Of a stretch of DNA of 64,000 nt, positions 25,201-36,934 are shown piece by piece. A program made the translations under genes and the position numbers. Each line of letters begins with the position of its first letter. Positions within the stretch are counted from its first letter, which is position 1. This DNA comes from Macrostomum lignano. Lineage: Eukaryota. The stretch spans positions 1 to 64,000 of the forward strand of contig NIVC01003291.1 in NCBI GenBank assembly GCA_002269645.1. Reading direction: 5' to 3'. The notes beneath the pieces are model-generated. The model saw only the letters and a program-made list of their open reading frames with translations, did no database searches and was not told the origin of the DNA.

Positions 25201-27016
25201 CATGACCTGAAGATTCAGCTCCTGAGGCTTTGAAGTTCATAATCTGAAGGTTCAGCTCCTGAGGCTCTGAGGTCCATAATCTGAAGTTTAGCACCATAAT
25301 CTGTGATTCGAGTCCAGTGAACCTGATGTCCATAGTCCCAAGCAAAATGAGAACGCAACGCTATCGCTCAATCGCAGACCGCGAGCGCGAAGGCCCCGGC
25401 CAGTCCCAGGAGATGAACACTCTATTCCGTTTCTGGTCGTTCTTTCTGCGCGACAATTTCAATTGGAAAATGTACAACGAGTTTAAACGGCTAGCGCTGG
25501 AGGACTCTGAGCACGGGCATCGCTACGGACTCGAGTGCCTGTTCCGCTTCTACAGCTACGGACTGGAGCGCCGCTTCCGCAAGGACCTGTTCCGCGACTT
25601 CAACGAGGTCACCCAGGCCGATTATCGGGCTGGAAATCTGTACGGCCTTGAGAAATTCTGGGCCCTGTTCCGCTATTCTACCATTGACCCAGCCGGGCTA
25701 GACATTCATCCTGTGCTGCGCGAGGCGCTCACCAAGTACACCCGGGTTGAGGACTTTCGCAGCGAAAATGTGAGTCTGCTCTGCTGCGTTTCTGTACTAT
25801 ACTTACTGTTCTGCACCCAAATCATCTGTGCTAATCCCCTCCCTAATCCGTTGTGTGCTAATTCCCTAGCTCCCTAATCCATTGTGTGCTAATCCCACTC
25901 CCTAATCCATTGTGTGCTAATCCCCCTTCCTAATCCGTTGTGTGCTAATTCCCTAGCTCCCTAATCCATTGTGTGCTAATCCCCTTCCTAATCCATTGTG
26001 TGCTAATTCCCTAGCTCCCTAATCCGTTGTGTGCTAATCCCACTCCCTAATCCGTTGTGTGCTAATTCCCTAGCTCCCTAATCCATTGTGTGCTAATCCC
26101 CTTCCTAATCCATTGTGTGCTAATTCCCTAGCTCCCTAATCCGTTGTGTGCTAATCCCACTCCCTATCCGTTGTGTGCTAATCCCACTCCCTAATCCGTT
26201 GTGTGCTAATCCTCCTTCCTAATCCGTTGTGTGCTAATCCCACTCCCTATCCGTTGTGTGCTAATCCCACTCCCTATCCGTTGTGTGCTAATCCCACTCC
26301 CTATCCGTTGTGTGCTAATCCTCCTTCCTAATCCGTTGTGTGCTAATCCCACTCCCTATCCGTTGTGTGCTAATCCCACTCCCTAATCCGTTGTGTGCTA
26401 ATCCCCCTTCCTAATCCGTTGTGTGCTAATCCCCTTCCTTAACCGTTGTGTGCTAATCCGTTCCTAATCATCTTTGCGCTAAATTTACTTTCCTAAACAC
26501 TTGTTCGTTAATCCTCTTCTGAGTTCCTTGTGTGCTAATCCATCCCAATCAATTGATTCCTAATCATCTGTGTGCTAATCCCTACCATAATCATGTGTCA
26601 CAATCCTCCGACTATCTGTGTTATCCCCTGCTATCCCAATGCCCTGTGTAATTTCCTGCCTTTGCATGCGGGGCGGAGCAGCTCAGCGGTGAACGTGTCT
26701 GGCTCTCGCGCCACCACCCCCTGGTTTGATTCCGTGCTAAGCCGTGTAAATTTGGGTCTTGTGCACCAAAATTGGTCTGACGATTAACGAGTCAGGGTCG
26801 CTGTACACCCCACCCTACCCTGATCCTCTGCAGTTCGTCCCTCCGCATGGATTCTTTGTGCGCAAGCGGAGCAGCAACTCTCGCTGTCTGAGCGAATCAG
26901 AAGGTGCCGTCGCTGCCGGCGCGTCGCCAGCCGCCGCCGCCACCGCCGCCCCAGCCAAGGCGGGCGCCAGCAACCCCCCGCTGGCCAATTATGCCACTAG
27001 CGCCCCGACGGGCTGA
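19001..27016 (+). CDS. LARP1: La-related protein 1; gene model join(19001..19205,19896..20084,20809..21318,22784..23387,24719..24873,25378..25769,26834..27016), ~745 aa
   Basis: La motif ([21 protein letters not shown]), PAM2-like [22 protein letters not shown] and VGYLFD segments, DM15 region ([40 protein letters not shown]). All six introns GT-AG with matching phases. True N-terminus uncertain. Confidence 0.92.
19308..19775. repeat. ~20-21-bp minisatellite in LARP1 intron 1 (gaacggaaatggcaccttatt)
   Basis: Direct repetition with variants. Confidence 0.9.
19896..20084 (+). CDS. LARP1: LARP1 exon (Pro/Ala/Gly-rich)
   Basis: Acceptor ctccag|GC, donor CCAG|GTGAGG. Open in the frame joining both neighbours ([30 protein letters not shown]...). 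Confidence 0.75.
20115..20782. repeat. Two arrays in LARP1 intron 2: 21-bp (ggattagaccccaggattcta) then 22-bp (agatgatcccctattcagactc)
   Basis: Direct repetition, ~20115-20600 and ~20640-20782. Confidence 0.92.
20809..21318 (+). CDS. LARP1: LARP1 exon with La motif and PAM2
   Basis: Acceptor ctgcag|AG, donor TCTA|GTGAGT. La motif ~20975-21215, PAM2 ~21261-21293. Confidence 0.92.
21346..21698 (+). mobile_element. tRNA-derived SINE, copy 1 (LARP1 intron 3)
   Basis: Box A TAGCCCAGTGG (21355), box B GGCTCGATTCC (21399), A-rich tail. High identity with 47529-47896. Confidence 0.85.
21775..22160. repeat. 33-bp minisatellite in LARP1 intron 3
   Basis: gaaggatctgatggagggtagcggcaggcctct, ~11 copies. 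Confidence 0.93.
22784..23387 (+). CDS. LARP1: LARP1 central exon
   Basis: Acceptor tcacag|AA, donor TTTAG|[32 protein letters not shown] and [11 protein letters not shown] resemble conserved LARP1 blocks. Confidence 0.88.
23675..24655. repeat. Three adjacent 22-23-bp arrays in LARP1 intron 4
   Basis: ggggtgagaatcgtgagattct; ccagaatcacccctgaactgtc; cagattcacacctgaactggcca. Confidence 0.92.
24719..24873 (+). CDS. LARP1: LARP1 exon (start of DM15 region, [12 protein letters not shown])
   Basis: Acceptor ccgcag|C, donor CAGG|GTACGA. Matches LARP1 HPSHELLKENGF...YHKYRRRCL. Confidence 0.9.
24945..25290. repeat. 37-bp minisatellite in LARP1 intron 5
   Basis: ctgaaggttcagctcctgagaccctgaagtccatgac. 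Confidence 0.88.
25378..25769 (+). CDS. LARP1: LARP1 DM15 exon
   Basis: Acceptor tcgcag|AC, donor AAT|GTGAGT. DM15 repeats present. Confidence 0.94.
25825..26460. repeat. 28-30-bp minisatellite in LARP1 intron 6
   Basis: ccctaatccgttgtgtgctaatcccact. Confidence 0.92.
26670..26812 (+). mobile_element. Diverged, truncated tRNA-SINE fragment
   Basis: Box A-like CAGCTCAGCGG, box B-like GGTTTGATTCC; ctgacgatt...gctgtacac matches the SINE body. Confidence 0.55.
26834..27016 (+). CDS. LARP1: LARP1 terminal exon ([13 protein letters not shown]...PTG*)
   Basis: Acceptor ctgcag|TTC (phase 0). GC-rich codons. TGA at 27014-27016. Confidence 0.8.
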   Translation, partial: FVPPHGFFVRKRSSNSRCLSESEGAVAAGASPAAAATAAPAKAGASNPPLANYATSAPTG

Positions 27017-27574
27017 GGTGTCAGTTTGCCTGATTCTGATTGCAAATATGGCTTCTGGTTTTTGATTAATCATTTTCTGCTTTGCTTTGATTTATTGATT
27101 GATTGACAGCAACAAATTTCAACTGATAATAGCTTGTACATTTTATTTGCGTATGTTTTTTTCTTGAAAAAAAGATATAGTCATCCAAAAAAATCTATAT
27201 AAATAATGCATACTTTAAAAAAACTTGGTTGTTGCGTTTCCCTTGCTTTTGTTCAGCCAGTTGTCCTGCTTTAGTAATGCGATTTGCAGACAAGTTTCTG
27301 CTTTCAGTCTTTATAATGAGCTAATCTAATTAACATTTGCTAATTAACTGTCACTGATTCTATCTTTTGCCAGTCGTGTCGGTTCGCGAATGAACGGACT
27401 TAAAGATAATTAACTAATTATTTTATTTGTTAATTGTAAATATTTTTGGAGAAGAAATTGCCACTATTGGCTGTCGTGTGTGCTTTGGTGAAATTTTATT
27501 CGATGCAGTATTTGCCGTTTTAGCTATTCATCCATTCTTGTTGTCTATAGCATGGTCACTCCAAGGGGTCAGGG

Positions 27575-28895
27575 TCAGCTGAGGTCACAGATGAGTGAAT
27601 GTGACAGAGGTCAGCTGAGGTCACAGATGAGTGAATGTGACAGAGATCAGCTGAGGTCACAGATGAGTGAATGTGACAAAGGTCAGCTGAGGTCACAGAT
27701 GAGTGAATGTGACAAAGGTCAGCTGAGGTCACAGATGAGTGAATGTGACAAAGGTCAGCTGAGGTCACAGATGAGTGAATGTGACAAAAGTCAGCTGAGG
27801 TCACAGATGAGTGAATGTGACAAAGGTCAGCTGAGGTCACAGATGAGTGAATGTGACAAAGGTCAGCTGAGGTCACAGATGAGTGAATGTGACAAAGGTC
27901 AGCTGAGGTCACAGATGAGTGAATGTGACAGTGGTCAGCTGAAGTCACAGATGAGTGAATGTGACAGTGGTCAGCTGAGGTCACAGATGAGTGAATGTGA
28001 CAGAGGTCAGCTGAGGTCACAGATGAGTGAATGTGACAGTGGTCAGCTGAGGTCACAGATGAGTGAATGTGACAGAGGTCAGCTGAGGTCACAGATGAGT
28101 GAATGTGACAGAGGTCACCTGAGTGAATGTGACAGAGGTCAGCTGAGGTCACAGATGAGTGAATGTGACAGAGGTCACCTGAGTGAATGTGACAGGGGTC
28201 AGCTGAGGTCACAGATGAGTGAATGTGACAGGTCACCTGAGTGAATATGACAGGGGTCAGCTGAGGTCACAGATGAGTGAATGTGACAGGTCAGCTGAGG
28301 CCACAGATGAGTGAATGTGACAGAGGTCACCTGAGTGAATGTGACAGGGGTCAGCTGAGGTCACAGATGAGTGAATGTGACAGGGGTCAGCTGAGGTCAC
28401 ATAAGTGAATGTGACAGAGGTCACCTGAGTGAATGTGACAGGGGTCAGCTGAGGTCACAGATGAGTGAATGTGACAGGTCAGCTGAGGCCACAGATGAGT
28501 GAATGTGACAGAGGTCAGCTGAGGTCACAGATGAGTGAATGTGACAAAGGTCAGCTGAGGTCACAGATGAGTGAATGTGACAGAGGTCAGCTGAGGTCAC
28601 AGATGAGTGAATGTGACAGGGGTCAGCTGAGGCCACAGATGAGTGAATGTGACAGGTCAGCTGAGGCCACAGATGAGTGAATGTGACAGGTCAGCTGAGG
28701 CCACAGATGAGTGAATGTGACAGGTCAGCTGAGGCCACAGATGAGTGAATGTGACAGGGGTCAGCTGAGGTCACAGATGAGTGAATGTGACAGGGGTCAG
28801 CTGAGGTCACAGATGAGTGAATGTGACAGAGGTCAGCTGAGGTCACAGATGAGTGAATGTGACAGAGGTCAGCTGAGGTCACAGATGAGTGATCT
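27575..28895. repeat. 36-bp minisatellite, ~35 copies, downstream of LARP1
   Basis: gaggtcagctgaggtcacagatgagtgaatgtgaca with deletion variants. Confidence 0.95.
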
Positions 28896-29461
28896 GAGCT
28901 AATGATTGCGGTAAATAGCCATACAATAAGAATTAGGTATATTTTGATTAATTATTTATTAAATACAAAGTCATTTGCCATTGCAAGCTCTGCTTGTTCA
29001 GTCAGGTATTCATTCAAAGATATTGCGCCATACAGTGTATTAATAATTATTGTCATATTTGGTCTGTGCTTGCACGAGCTTGTGTGTGTCTGTGTGTGTA
29101 CAAAAGTACATTGCTATAGCCTCCGTATATTTTGCCGTTCAAAATGCCTTTCATAAACAACCTCCCAAAAAAAGTTACTTTTTGTTGTTGTTTTGATTTT
29201 GGTGTTCGCCCCAGCTTAAATTGTCCTTCAAGCGAATTAATTATTAAATTATTATTTTGCTCATTTTTCGTTTTCTTCTGCGTGTGCTAAATAATGATTG
29301 TTATTTTACCCAAGCCAAATCATTTAGGAGTAGTCAGTAATTTCGCTCGATATATGTATGATAATATCTGTTTATAAACTATTTTCTTTCAACGATCCAC
29401 TGAATATTAACATGTTTTAATTACATGATTTTCGAATGGATTATCGGTAATCTGGTTGTTC

Positions 29462-29895
29462 TTCCCCTCTAATTAGAAAGTTTAAAAGTGGTATCACCTG
29501 TTGGAAAGATTCCCCTCTAATTAGAAAGTTTAAAAGTGGTATCACCTGTTGGAAAGATTCCCCTCTAATTAGACACTGGTATCACCTGTTGGAAAGATTC
29601 CCCTCTAATTAGACACTGGTAGCACCTGTTGGAAAGATTCCCCTCTAATTAGACACTGGTATCACCTGTTGGAAAGATTCCCCTCTAATTAGACACTGGT
29701 ATCACCTGTTGGAAAGATTCCCCTCTAATTAGACACTGGTAGCACCTGTTGGAAAGATTCCCCTCTAATTAGACACTGGTATCACCTGTTGGAAAGATTC
29801 CCCTCTAATTAGACACTGATATCACCTGTTGGAAAGATTCCCCTCTAATTAGACACTGGTATCACCTGTTGGAAAGATTCCCCTCTAATTAGACA
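29462..29895. repeat. 40-bp minisatellite, ~10 copies
   Basis: ttcccctctaattagacactggtatcacctgttggaaaga. Confidence 0.93.
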
Positions 29896-30454
29896 ATTAA
29901 GCAATTTTCAATTCACAATAGATATATTAATATTTTTGTCGATTTTATTACGATTTAAAAGTTGAAAGTCATCATACTGTCTAATGTTCAAGTACATGTT
30001 CTACGGCTACTCTAAATTATTAAAAACAGTTTTTTCTGAAGATAATAAAATACACTTTGTCATCTTTTAGTTTTTCGAGTCTTTACTTAATTGTAAGAAA
30101 TATCGCCGGCTTGAGGTTTTGCTTCGTCATTTTTTCTTTGATCGCGTCGAGTAGAAAAGCAGCAAGTGGAAATTAACGACAGTTTATAAATCAGATGATT
30201 ACTACTTATAGTAGCGCAATAAGCTTTCGCGATTCAATCAGCGAAGGTTCAGCTGTATGACCATCATTTGTAGCAACTCTCGGGGCGACATCAATTAGCA
30301 GAGCTTAAAAGCATTTGGGACGAAATGCAACAAGTTTAGATGATTTTTAGTGATCTGCCTTGGGATTTGGCTACAGTTTTGAGATAAAATCCTCGTCATC
30401 CTGCTTGCACTTTGTGGATTGCGTTGCTTTTCGTGTCTATCTGTGTGTAAGACT

Positions 30455-31055
30455 TCCTTCATTCCAGATTGTTGGCATGTAAGCCTGTCCTTCATTCCAG
30501 ATTGTTGGCATGTAAGCCAGTCCCTCGATCATTCCACATTGTTGGCATGTAAGCCTGTCCTTTATTCCAGATTGTTGGCATGTAAGCCTGTCCTTCATTC
30601 CAGATTGTTGGCATGTAAGCTTTTCCTTCATTTCAGATTGTTGGCATGTAAGCCTGTCCTTTATTCCAGATTGTTGGCATGTAAGCCTGTCCTTCGATCA
30701 TTCCACATTGTTGGCATGTAAGCCTGTCCTTTATTCCAGATTGTTGGCATGTAAGCCTGTCCTTCATTCCAGATTGTTGGCATGTTAACCTGTCCTTCAT
30801 TCCAGATTGTTGGCATGTTAACCTGTCCTTCATTCCAGATTGTTGGCATGTTAGCCTGTCCTTCATTCCAGATTGTTGGCATGTAAGCCTGTCCTTCATT
30901 CCAGATTGTTGGCATGTTAACCTGTCCTTCATTCCAGATTGTTGGCATGTTAGCCTGTCCTTCATTCCAGATTGTTGGCATGTAAGCCTGTCCTTCATTC
31001 CAGATTGTTGGCATGTAAGCTTGTCCTTTATTCCAGATTGTTGGTATGTAAGCGT
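30455..31055. repeat. 33-bp minisatellite
   Basis: ttcattccagattgttggcatgtaagcctgtcc. Confidence 0.93.
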
Positions 31056-31637
31056 GTCTAAAATCCCTGATCCTGTCTGCATGTAAGTCTCCCAAATGTC
31101 AAACTGTCTGTATCTGCAGCTCATTAACCTCGCTGTATTCCAACCTAATCATCAATAAAAATCATCGAAATGATGCTGCCTACTGCCAACTGTGAGAAGC
31201 CATTCATAAATTGTTTTTGATAATACCTTCGGCCAATATGAGCCCTGCTTTTGCCAGACTGATATGAGGCAGTCTGGCATCTTTATGCGAGGATTTATGT
31301 TAGCAGAATTTTCTTTGTGTCCCCTCGCCCCCGTGGAGCCGCGGATCGAATGCCTGGGGGGGAGGGGCTTTCTGGGAGGGATTTTCGAATCTCTGATCCC
31401 GTTTGAAGGCGTAAAATAATAGCCCCATATTTCTGCATATTGCTGGATCAATGAATGCATCTCTCTGTCTTTGAAGTGGCTCGGGCTCATTTTAATTGTA
31501 TTTTTTTGCTTTGCCGCTTAATCTCTCTGATCTGTTATCATCAGCATCTTGGGATTAATGCTTCTTTTCGACAGTCTTAGCTCATAATGGCATATTGGAA
31601 TTCTTCAGAAATACGTGAAGATTAAGGGCCGATACAG

Positions 31638-32090
31638 AAGGTAAACATCCTGTTTATTGAAATGTGCGGTAAACATCCCGTTTATTAAAATGTGCGGTAA
31701 ACATCCCGTTTATTAAAATGTGCGGTAAACATCCCGTTTATTAAAATGTGCGGTAAACATCCCGTTTATTAAAATGTGCGGTAAACATCCCGTTTATTAA
31801 AATGTGTGGTAAACCAAAGTCTAACAGCCATCTGTTTGTGTCTAACAAGTCTAGCAGATGACATCTGTGTCTAACTGCTAGCTAGCACCTTTGTGTAACA
31901 GCTAGCACCTTTGTCTAACAGCTAGCATCTGTGTCTAACAGCTAGCACCTGTGTCTAACAGCTAGCTAGCACCTTTTTCTAACAGCTAGCATCTGTGTCT
32001 AACAGCTAGCACCTTTGTCTAACAGCTAGCACCGGTGTCTAACAGCTAGCTAGCACCTTTGTCTAACAGCTAGCACCTGTGTCTAACAGA
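31638..32090. repeat. 28-bp array (ggtaaacatcccgtttattaaaatgtgc) followed by a ~20-bp array (tgtctaacagctagcacct)
   Basis: Direct repetition. Confidence 0.88.
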
Positions 32091-32564
32091 TAGTACTGAG
32101 TTTACAAATTTATAACGAATAAAGGTATGCACATATTTGACTCTGCTTCAGCATCAATTGAATGATGCTGGCTATTTTTGCATAACCTTCCATCAACTCC
32201 TTCCTTTTGGCTTTCTGTCAAAAAGCTTTGAGTAGCGGGGCAGGGCAGCTCAATTCCAGTCTGACAGGCAGGAGTCAGCCAAGCGGGAAATTCCTTCTGC
32301 AACAAACAGACAGTCTCACTGGCCCAACCCCGGTCACAGAGAGTCTAAGGACTGCTCTATCCGATTTTAATTCCCTGTGTCGCTTTTAATCTTGTTTGTC
32401 CTGGCATTCGGAATTAATCATTACGCTCAGGAAAGTACGTTTGTACTGCCCGAGGTGATTTTTCTGAGGCGTTTTTTTCCTGTGACGAAAGAGCCGACTT
32501 TGAGACACTTCTACTGAGATGAGCTTTGCTGCTTTGAAATTGAGTCGTCACTTTAAAGTGCAAA

Positions 32565-34240
32565 GTGCCCGTGAATCATCAATGAGAATCGCCCGTGAAT
32601 CATCAATGAGAATCGCCCGTGAATCATCAATGAGAATCGCCCGTGAATCATCTATGAGAATCACCCGTGAATCATCAATGAGAATCGCCCGTGAATCATC
32701 AATGAGAATCGCCCGTGAATCATCAGTGAGAATCGCCGTGAATCATCAATGAGAATCGCCCGTGAATCATCAATGAGAATCGCCCGTGAATCATCAGTGA
32801 GAATCGCCGTGAATCATCAGTGAGAATCGCCGTGAATCATCGATGAGAATCGCCGTGAATCATCAGTGAGAATCGCCATGAATCATCAATGAGAATCGCC
32901 ATGAATCATCAGTGAGAATCGCCGTGAATCATCAGTGAGAATCGCCATGAATCATCAGTGAGAATCGCCATGAATCATCAGTGAGAATCGCCATGAATCA
33001 TCGATGAGAATCGCCGTGAATCATCAATGAGAATCGCCCGTGAATCATCAATGAGAATCGCCTGTGAATCATCAGTGAGAATCGCCATGAATCATCAATG
33101 AGAATCGCCATGAATCATCAGTGAGAATCGCCATGAATCATCAATGAGAATCGCCCGTGAATCATCAATGAGAATCGCCCGTGAATCACCAATGAGAATC
33201 GCCGTGAATCATCAATGAGAATCGCCCGTGAATCATCAATGAGAATCGCCGTGAATCATCAATGAGAATCGCCCGTGAATCATCAATGAGAATCGCCGTG
33301 AATCATCAATGAGAATCGCCGTGAATCATCAATGAGAATCGCCCGTGAATCATCAGTGAGAATCGCCGTGAATCATCAATGAGAATCGCCATGAATCATC
33401 AGTGAGAATCGCCATGAATCATCAATGAGAATCGCCGTGAATCATCAATAAGAATCGCCATGAATCATCAATGAAAATCGCCCGTGAATCATCAATGAGA
33501 ATCGCCCGTGAATCATCAATGAGAATCGCCCGTGAATCATCAATGAGAATCGCCGTGAATCATCAATAAGAATCGCCATGAATCATCAATGAAAATCGCC
33601 CGTGAATCATCAATGAGAATCGCCCGTGAATCATCAATGAGAATCGCCCGTGAATCATCAATGAGAATCGCCCGTGAATCACCAATGAGAATCGCCGTGA
33701 ATCATCAATGAGAATCGCCGTGAATCATCAATGAAAATCGCCCGTGAATCATCAGTGAGAATCGCCCATGAATCATCAATGAGAATCGCCCGTGAATCAC
33801 CAATGAGAATCGCCGTGAATCATCAATGAGAATCGCCGTGAATCATCAGTGAGAATCGCCCGTGAATCATCAATGAAAATCGCCCGTGAATCATCGATTA
33901 GAATCGCCCGTGAATCATCAATGAAAATCGCCCGTGAATCATCGATGAGAATCGCCCGTGAATCATCAATGAGAATCGCCGTGAATCATCAGTGAGAATC
34001 GCCGTGAATCATCAATGAGAATCGCCGTGAATCATCAATGAGAATCGCCGTGAATCATCAATAAGAATCGCCGTGAATCATCAATGAGAATCGCCGTGAA
34101 TCATCAATGAGAATCGCCGTGAATCATCAATGAGAATCATACCTGAATCATCAATGAGAATCGCCCGTGAATCATCGGTGAGAATCGCCATGAATCATCA
34201 ATGGGAATCATACCTGAATCATCAATGAGAATCGCCCTGA
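32565..34240. repeat. 23/24-bp minisatellite, ~70 copies
   Basis: gcccgtgaatcatcaatgagaatc with 1-bp length variants. Confidence 0.95.
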
Positions 34241-35021
34241 GTTAACCAAACTGACAACACACTACATGCAATTCAGCTGCTCCCTAGACTCGAGTCCGGG
34301 ACCTCAGCCTGGGCAATGCTACTCGCCCTGCCCTGCTGGTCCTGAGCCCTTGCGCTGCCATTGGCTGCCGCCCGCGTCCCTCCTTCATCACTAAATGAGG
34401 TCCAGCTTCCTGCCCAGAGGAGCGTGGACAAAAGCTGCCATCTGTCTGATCTCTCCCTACCTGCCACCACACCCGAACTCCCGGAGCATCAGCGGCCAGA
34501 CTCCATCAGCATGCAAGGACTGAAGAACCAGGTGCTGGAACCCGGCTGGCAGGACCAGGCCAAAAGTTCTCTGGCCGCTCTTCGCAGGTAAGTTGAGGCT
34601 ACCTAAGCATTACTGAATCAGCTGCCGATATGTTGCGATAGTATCTTTCTGAGTGAAATAAATCCATTTGATTTCATGCTCGATTTAAAAAATTAAGTGA
34701 ATATGAATTTTCCGCCAGCCGGACTGTCAGGCGAGTTTCAAGTTTGGTTAAAGTGCAGCTGCGCGAAAGCAGAAAAGCAATAAACCGTTTTTGCTTTGCA
34801 ATCATTGTTCGCGCCAGGGGAAGTGGCTGGTTCCGCCGCGCGATTGTGTTGACAAAAATTGCTTTCACGGAAACCCCCTGGGGAGCCGGCGCTCCTCCAG
34901 GTCAACCGCTTTGTTGCTGCTTTTTCAAAGCAAACTGAAGTTCCGAGGAAAAAACGAAACTTAACTTTTATGACACTCAACGGGCTGGGCGGAGGAACTC
35001 TGGCAATAGAAAACTTCTGTA

Positions 35022-35420
35022 TTGCTGTTGTACAGCATGAGACTGTGCTGTTGTACAGCAGTGAGACTGTGCTGTTGTACAGCATGAGACTGTGCTGTTG
35101 TACAGCATGTGAGACTGTGCTGTTGTACAGCATGAGACTGTGCTGTTGTACAGCATGTGAGGCTGTGCTGTTGTACAGCATGTGACTTCTGTTGTACAGC
35201 ATGTGAGACTGTGCTGTTGTACAGCATGTGAGACTGTGCTGTTGTACAGCATGTGAGACTGTGCTGTTGTACAGCATGTGAGACTGTGCTGTTGTACAGC
35301 ATGTGAGACTGTGCTGTTGTACAGCATGTGAGACTGTGCTGTTGTACAGCATGTGAGACTGTGCTGTTGTACAGCATGTGAGACTGTGCTGTTGTACAGC
35401 ATGTGAGACTGCTGTTGTAC
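35022..35420. repeat. 23-25-bp minisatellite
   Basis: gagactgtgctgttgtacagcatgt. Confidence 0.92.
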
Positions 35421-35744
35421 TGTTCTGTCTTTTTTGGAGTTTTAACACATGGAAAAGAGGGTTTTGAAGGCGAATTATTCAAAAGTTGTGGATTTAAAAA
35501 AGCCAAGCCGAGATTAGGATTACAGCTGCGCCCGTGATATTTCTCATAAACTGAGGCGTGGACTAACCATATTTTCTTCTGCTAATGAAGTCTGCCGTTC
35601 TCTCATATTTGAGATTGAAATAAAAGTACAGTCAGAACTTTGTACAAATCTTATTGAATTGAAAGTGATCGAATTTTCAAAATCGCGTGCAAAATTGTGC
35701 TACCGGGTGACGCAGTCGGTTAGCGAAAACTGCCCGGGGGGTTG

Positions 35745-35935
35745 TCGTGAGCTTTACAGCCATGAAGGCTAACCCCCCCCCCAAGGCACAGTAGAGTGTA
35801 CATGCCTGACGATTAGAAAGTCTGGGCCGCTGTGCAGCCTGTGTGAGCAGCATGTGTACAGTATTGACGCTCATGAGTCATCGACATGGGCACTAGGGTG
35901 TCCCACAGGCCTCCCGCGAATGTTGTTAATAAATC
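35745..35935 (+). mobile_element. SINE-related segment sharing the central and 3' domains of the tRNA-SINE family
   Basis: aacccccc..aaggcacagt..gtgtacatgcct.acgat..gggccgctgt..cctgtgtgag and agggtg.cccacaggcc match copies 1 and 2. The 5' head differs. Confidence 0.6.
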
Positions 35936-36934
35936 CAGTTGGTCAGAGTTCTGCACCTGATCCCCTGTCTTGTTATGCTTATGAAAGCCGCTACCCGAAT
36001 CAGTTCGTTCTTGTCTGCCGAAGTCAGCTCTGAGAGGAGAGCTTGTAAACAGTGCGGTTAACAACGCAGCATTGAGCTTCATCAGGGGTTCGAAGCGGAA
36101 GAAACATGAAGTTTGCGGCTGGATCAGTCCGGAACAAAAACAGCAGGGGGGGGGTCCGGTCCCTCCCGCTCGCTTATCAGTCCCCGGGGGGGCACACAGC
36201 ACTACTCACTCCCCATGTTCCTTTTTTCGACGGGGCGACGGACCTCTGCGGAATTCCCGCAGGAGGGCGACGCCAGTCTGTTTGTGTAATGTTTTCTGGA
36301 TAGCCCAGTGGGGAGGACTCGGGCCTGCCCCCCCCCCGGATTACTGTAGATGGGCTCAGATAGAGACTCAAACTCAAACTCTCACGGGCGACGGAAACTT
36401 CGAAGTGACAGGAGAGCGAAGCGAAGCTAATTTTTGTCCCCCGCTATCCCTGCCAGACTTGGAGCTGCAGAATGGGGAATGCAAATTCGGGGTAAAGGCG
36501 GCGCTGCGCTGCTGCCACAACAAAGGCTCAGAGCTGGCTCACGGTGGGCTCACGCGACGAGAAGTTTTGGGCGATCGAGGTGGAGAGACGGAGGATGAGG
36601 GACAGCGAGGGGGAGTCTGGGATGAGCATAAACAATGAGGACTCGCTGCAGTCAGACTAATTGCATTTCAGGCAGTGACTTGTGTAGCCAGATGCATTAG
36701 CTAGAGACTATCTGGTAGTCCCTAGCCCCCAGCCCCAGCCTCACTCTGGGAGTCACGCATTCGCTGATTGCTTTGGCCCCATCATCTGTTTGTTATTAAT
36801 TCTGAGAGTGATTTTCAAGGGAAATGGATTGCGGCGGCCGCGACTCTGAGCTCTATAGAGGGAAAATTCAAGGCTTGACAGAGTGTGAGATAGCGGGGAT
36901 AGTAGAGTAGGGGGGTAGAGCAGGCCAGTGGTAG

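Noticed and set aside
29462-29895. CRISPR-like appearance of the 36-40-bp repeats (also 27575 and 40625)
   Set aside because: Units are contiguous with no unique spacers, there are no cas genes, and the context is eukaryotic.
31152-31490. 112-aa minus-strand ORF
   Set aside because: No homology recognised, unremarkable codon usage and no supporting splice partners.
36072-36638. 188-aa plus-strand ORF
   Set aside because: GC-rich low-complexity frame without a domain; more likely regulatory or repeat-derived.
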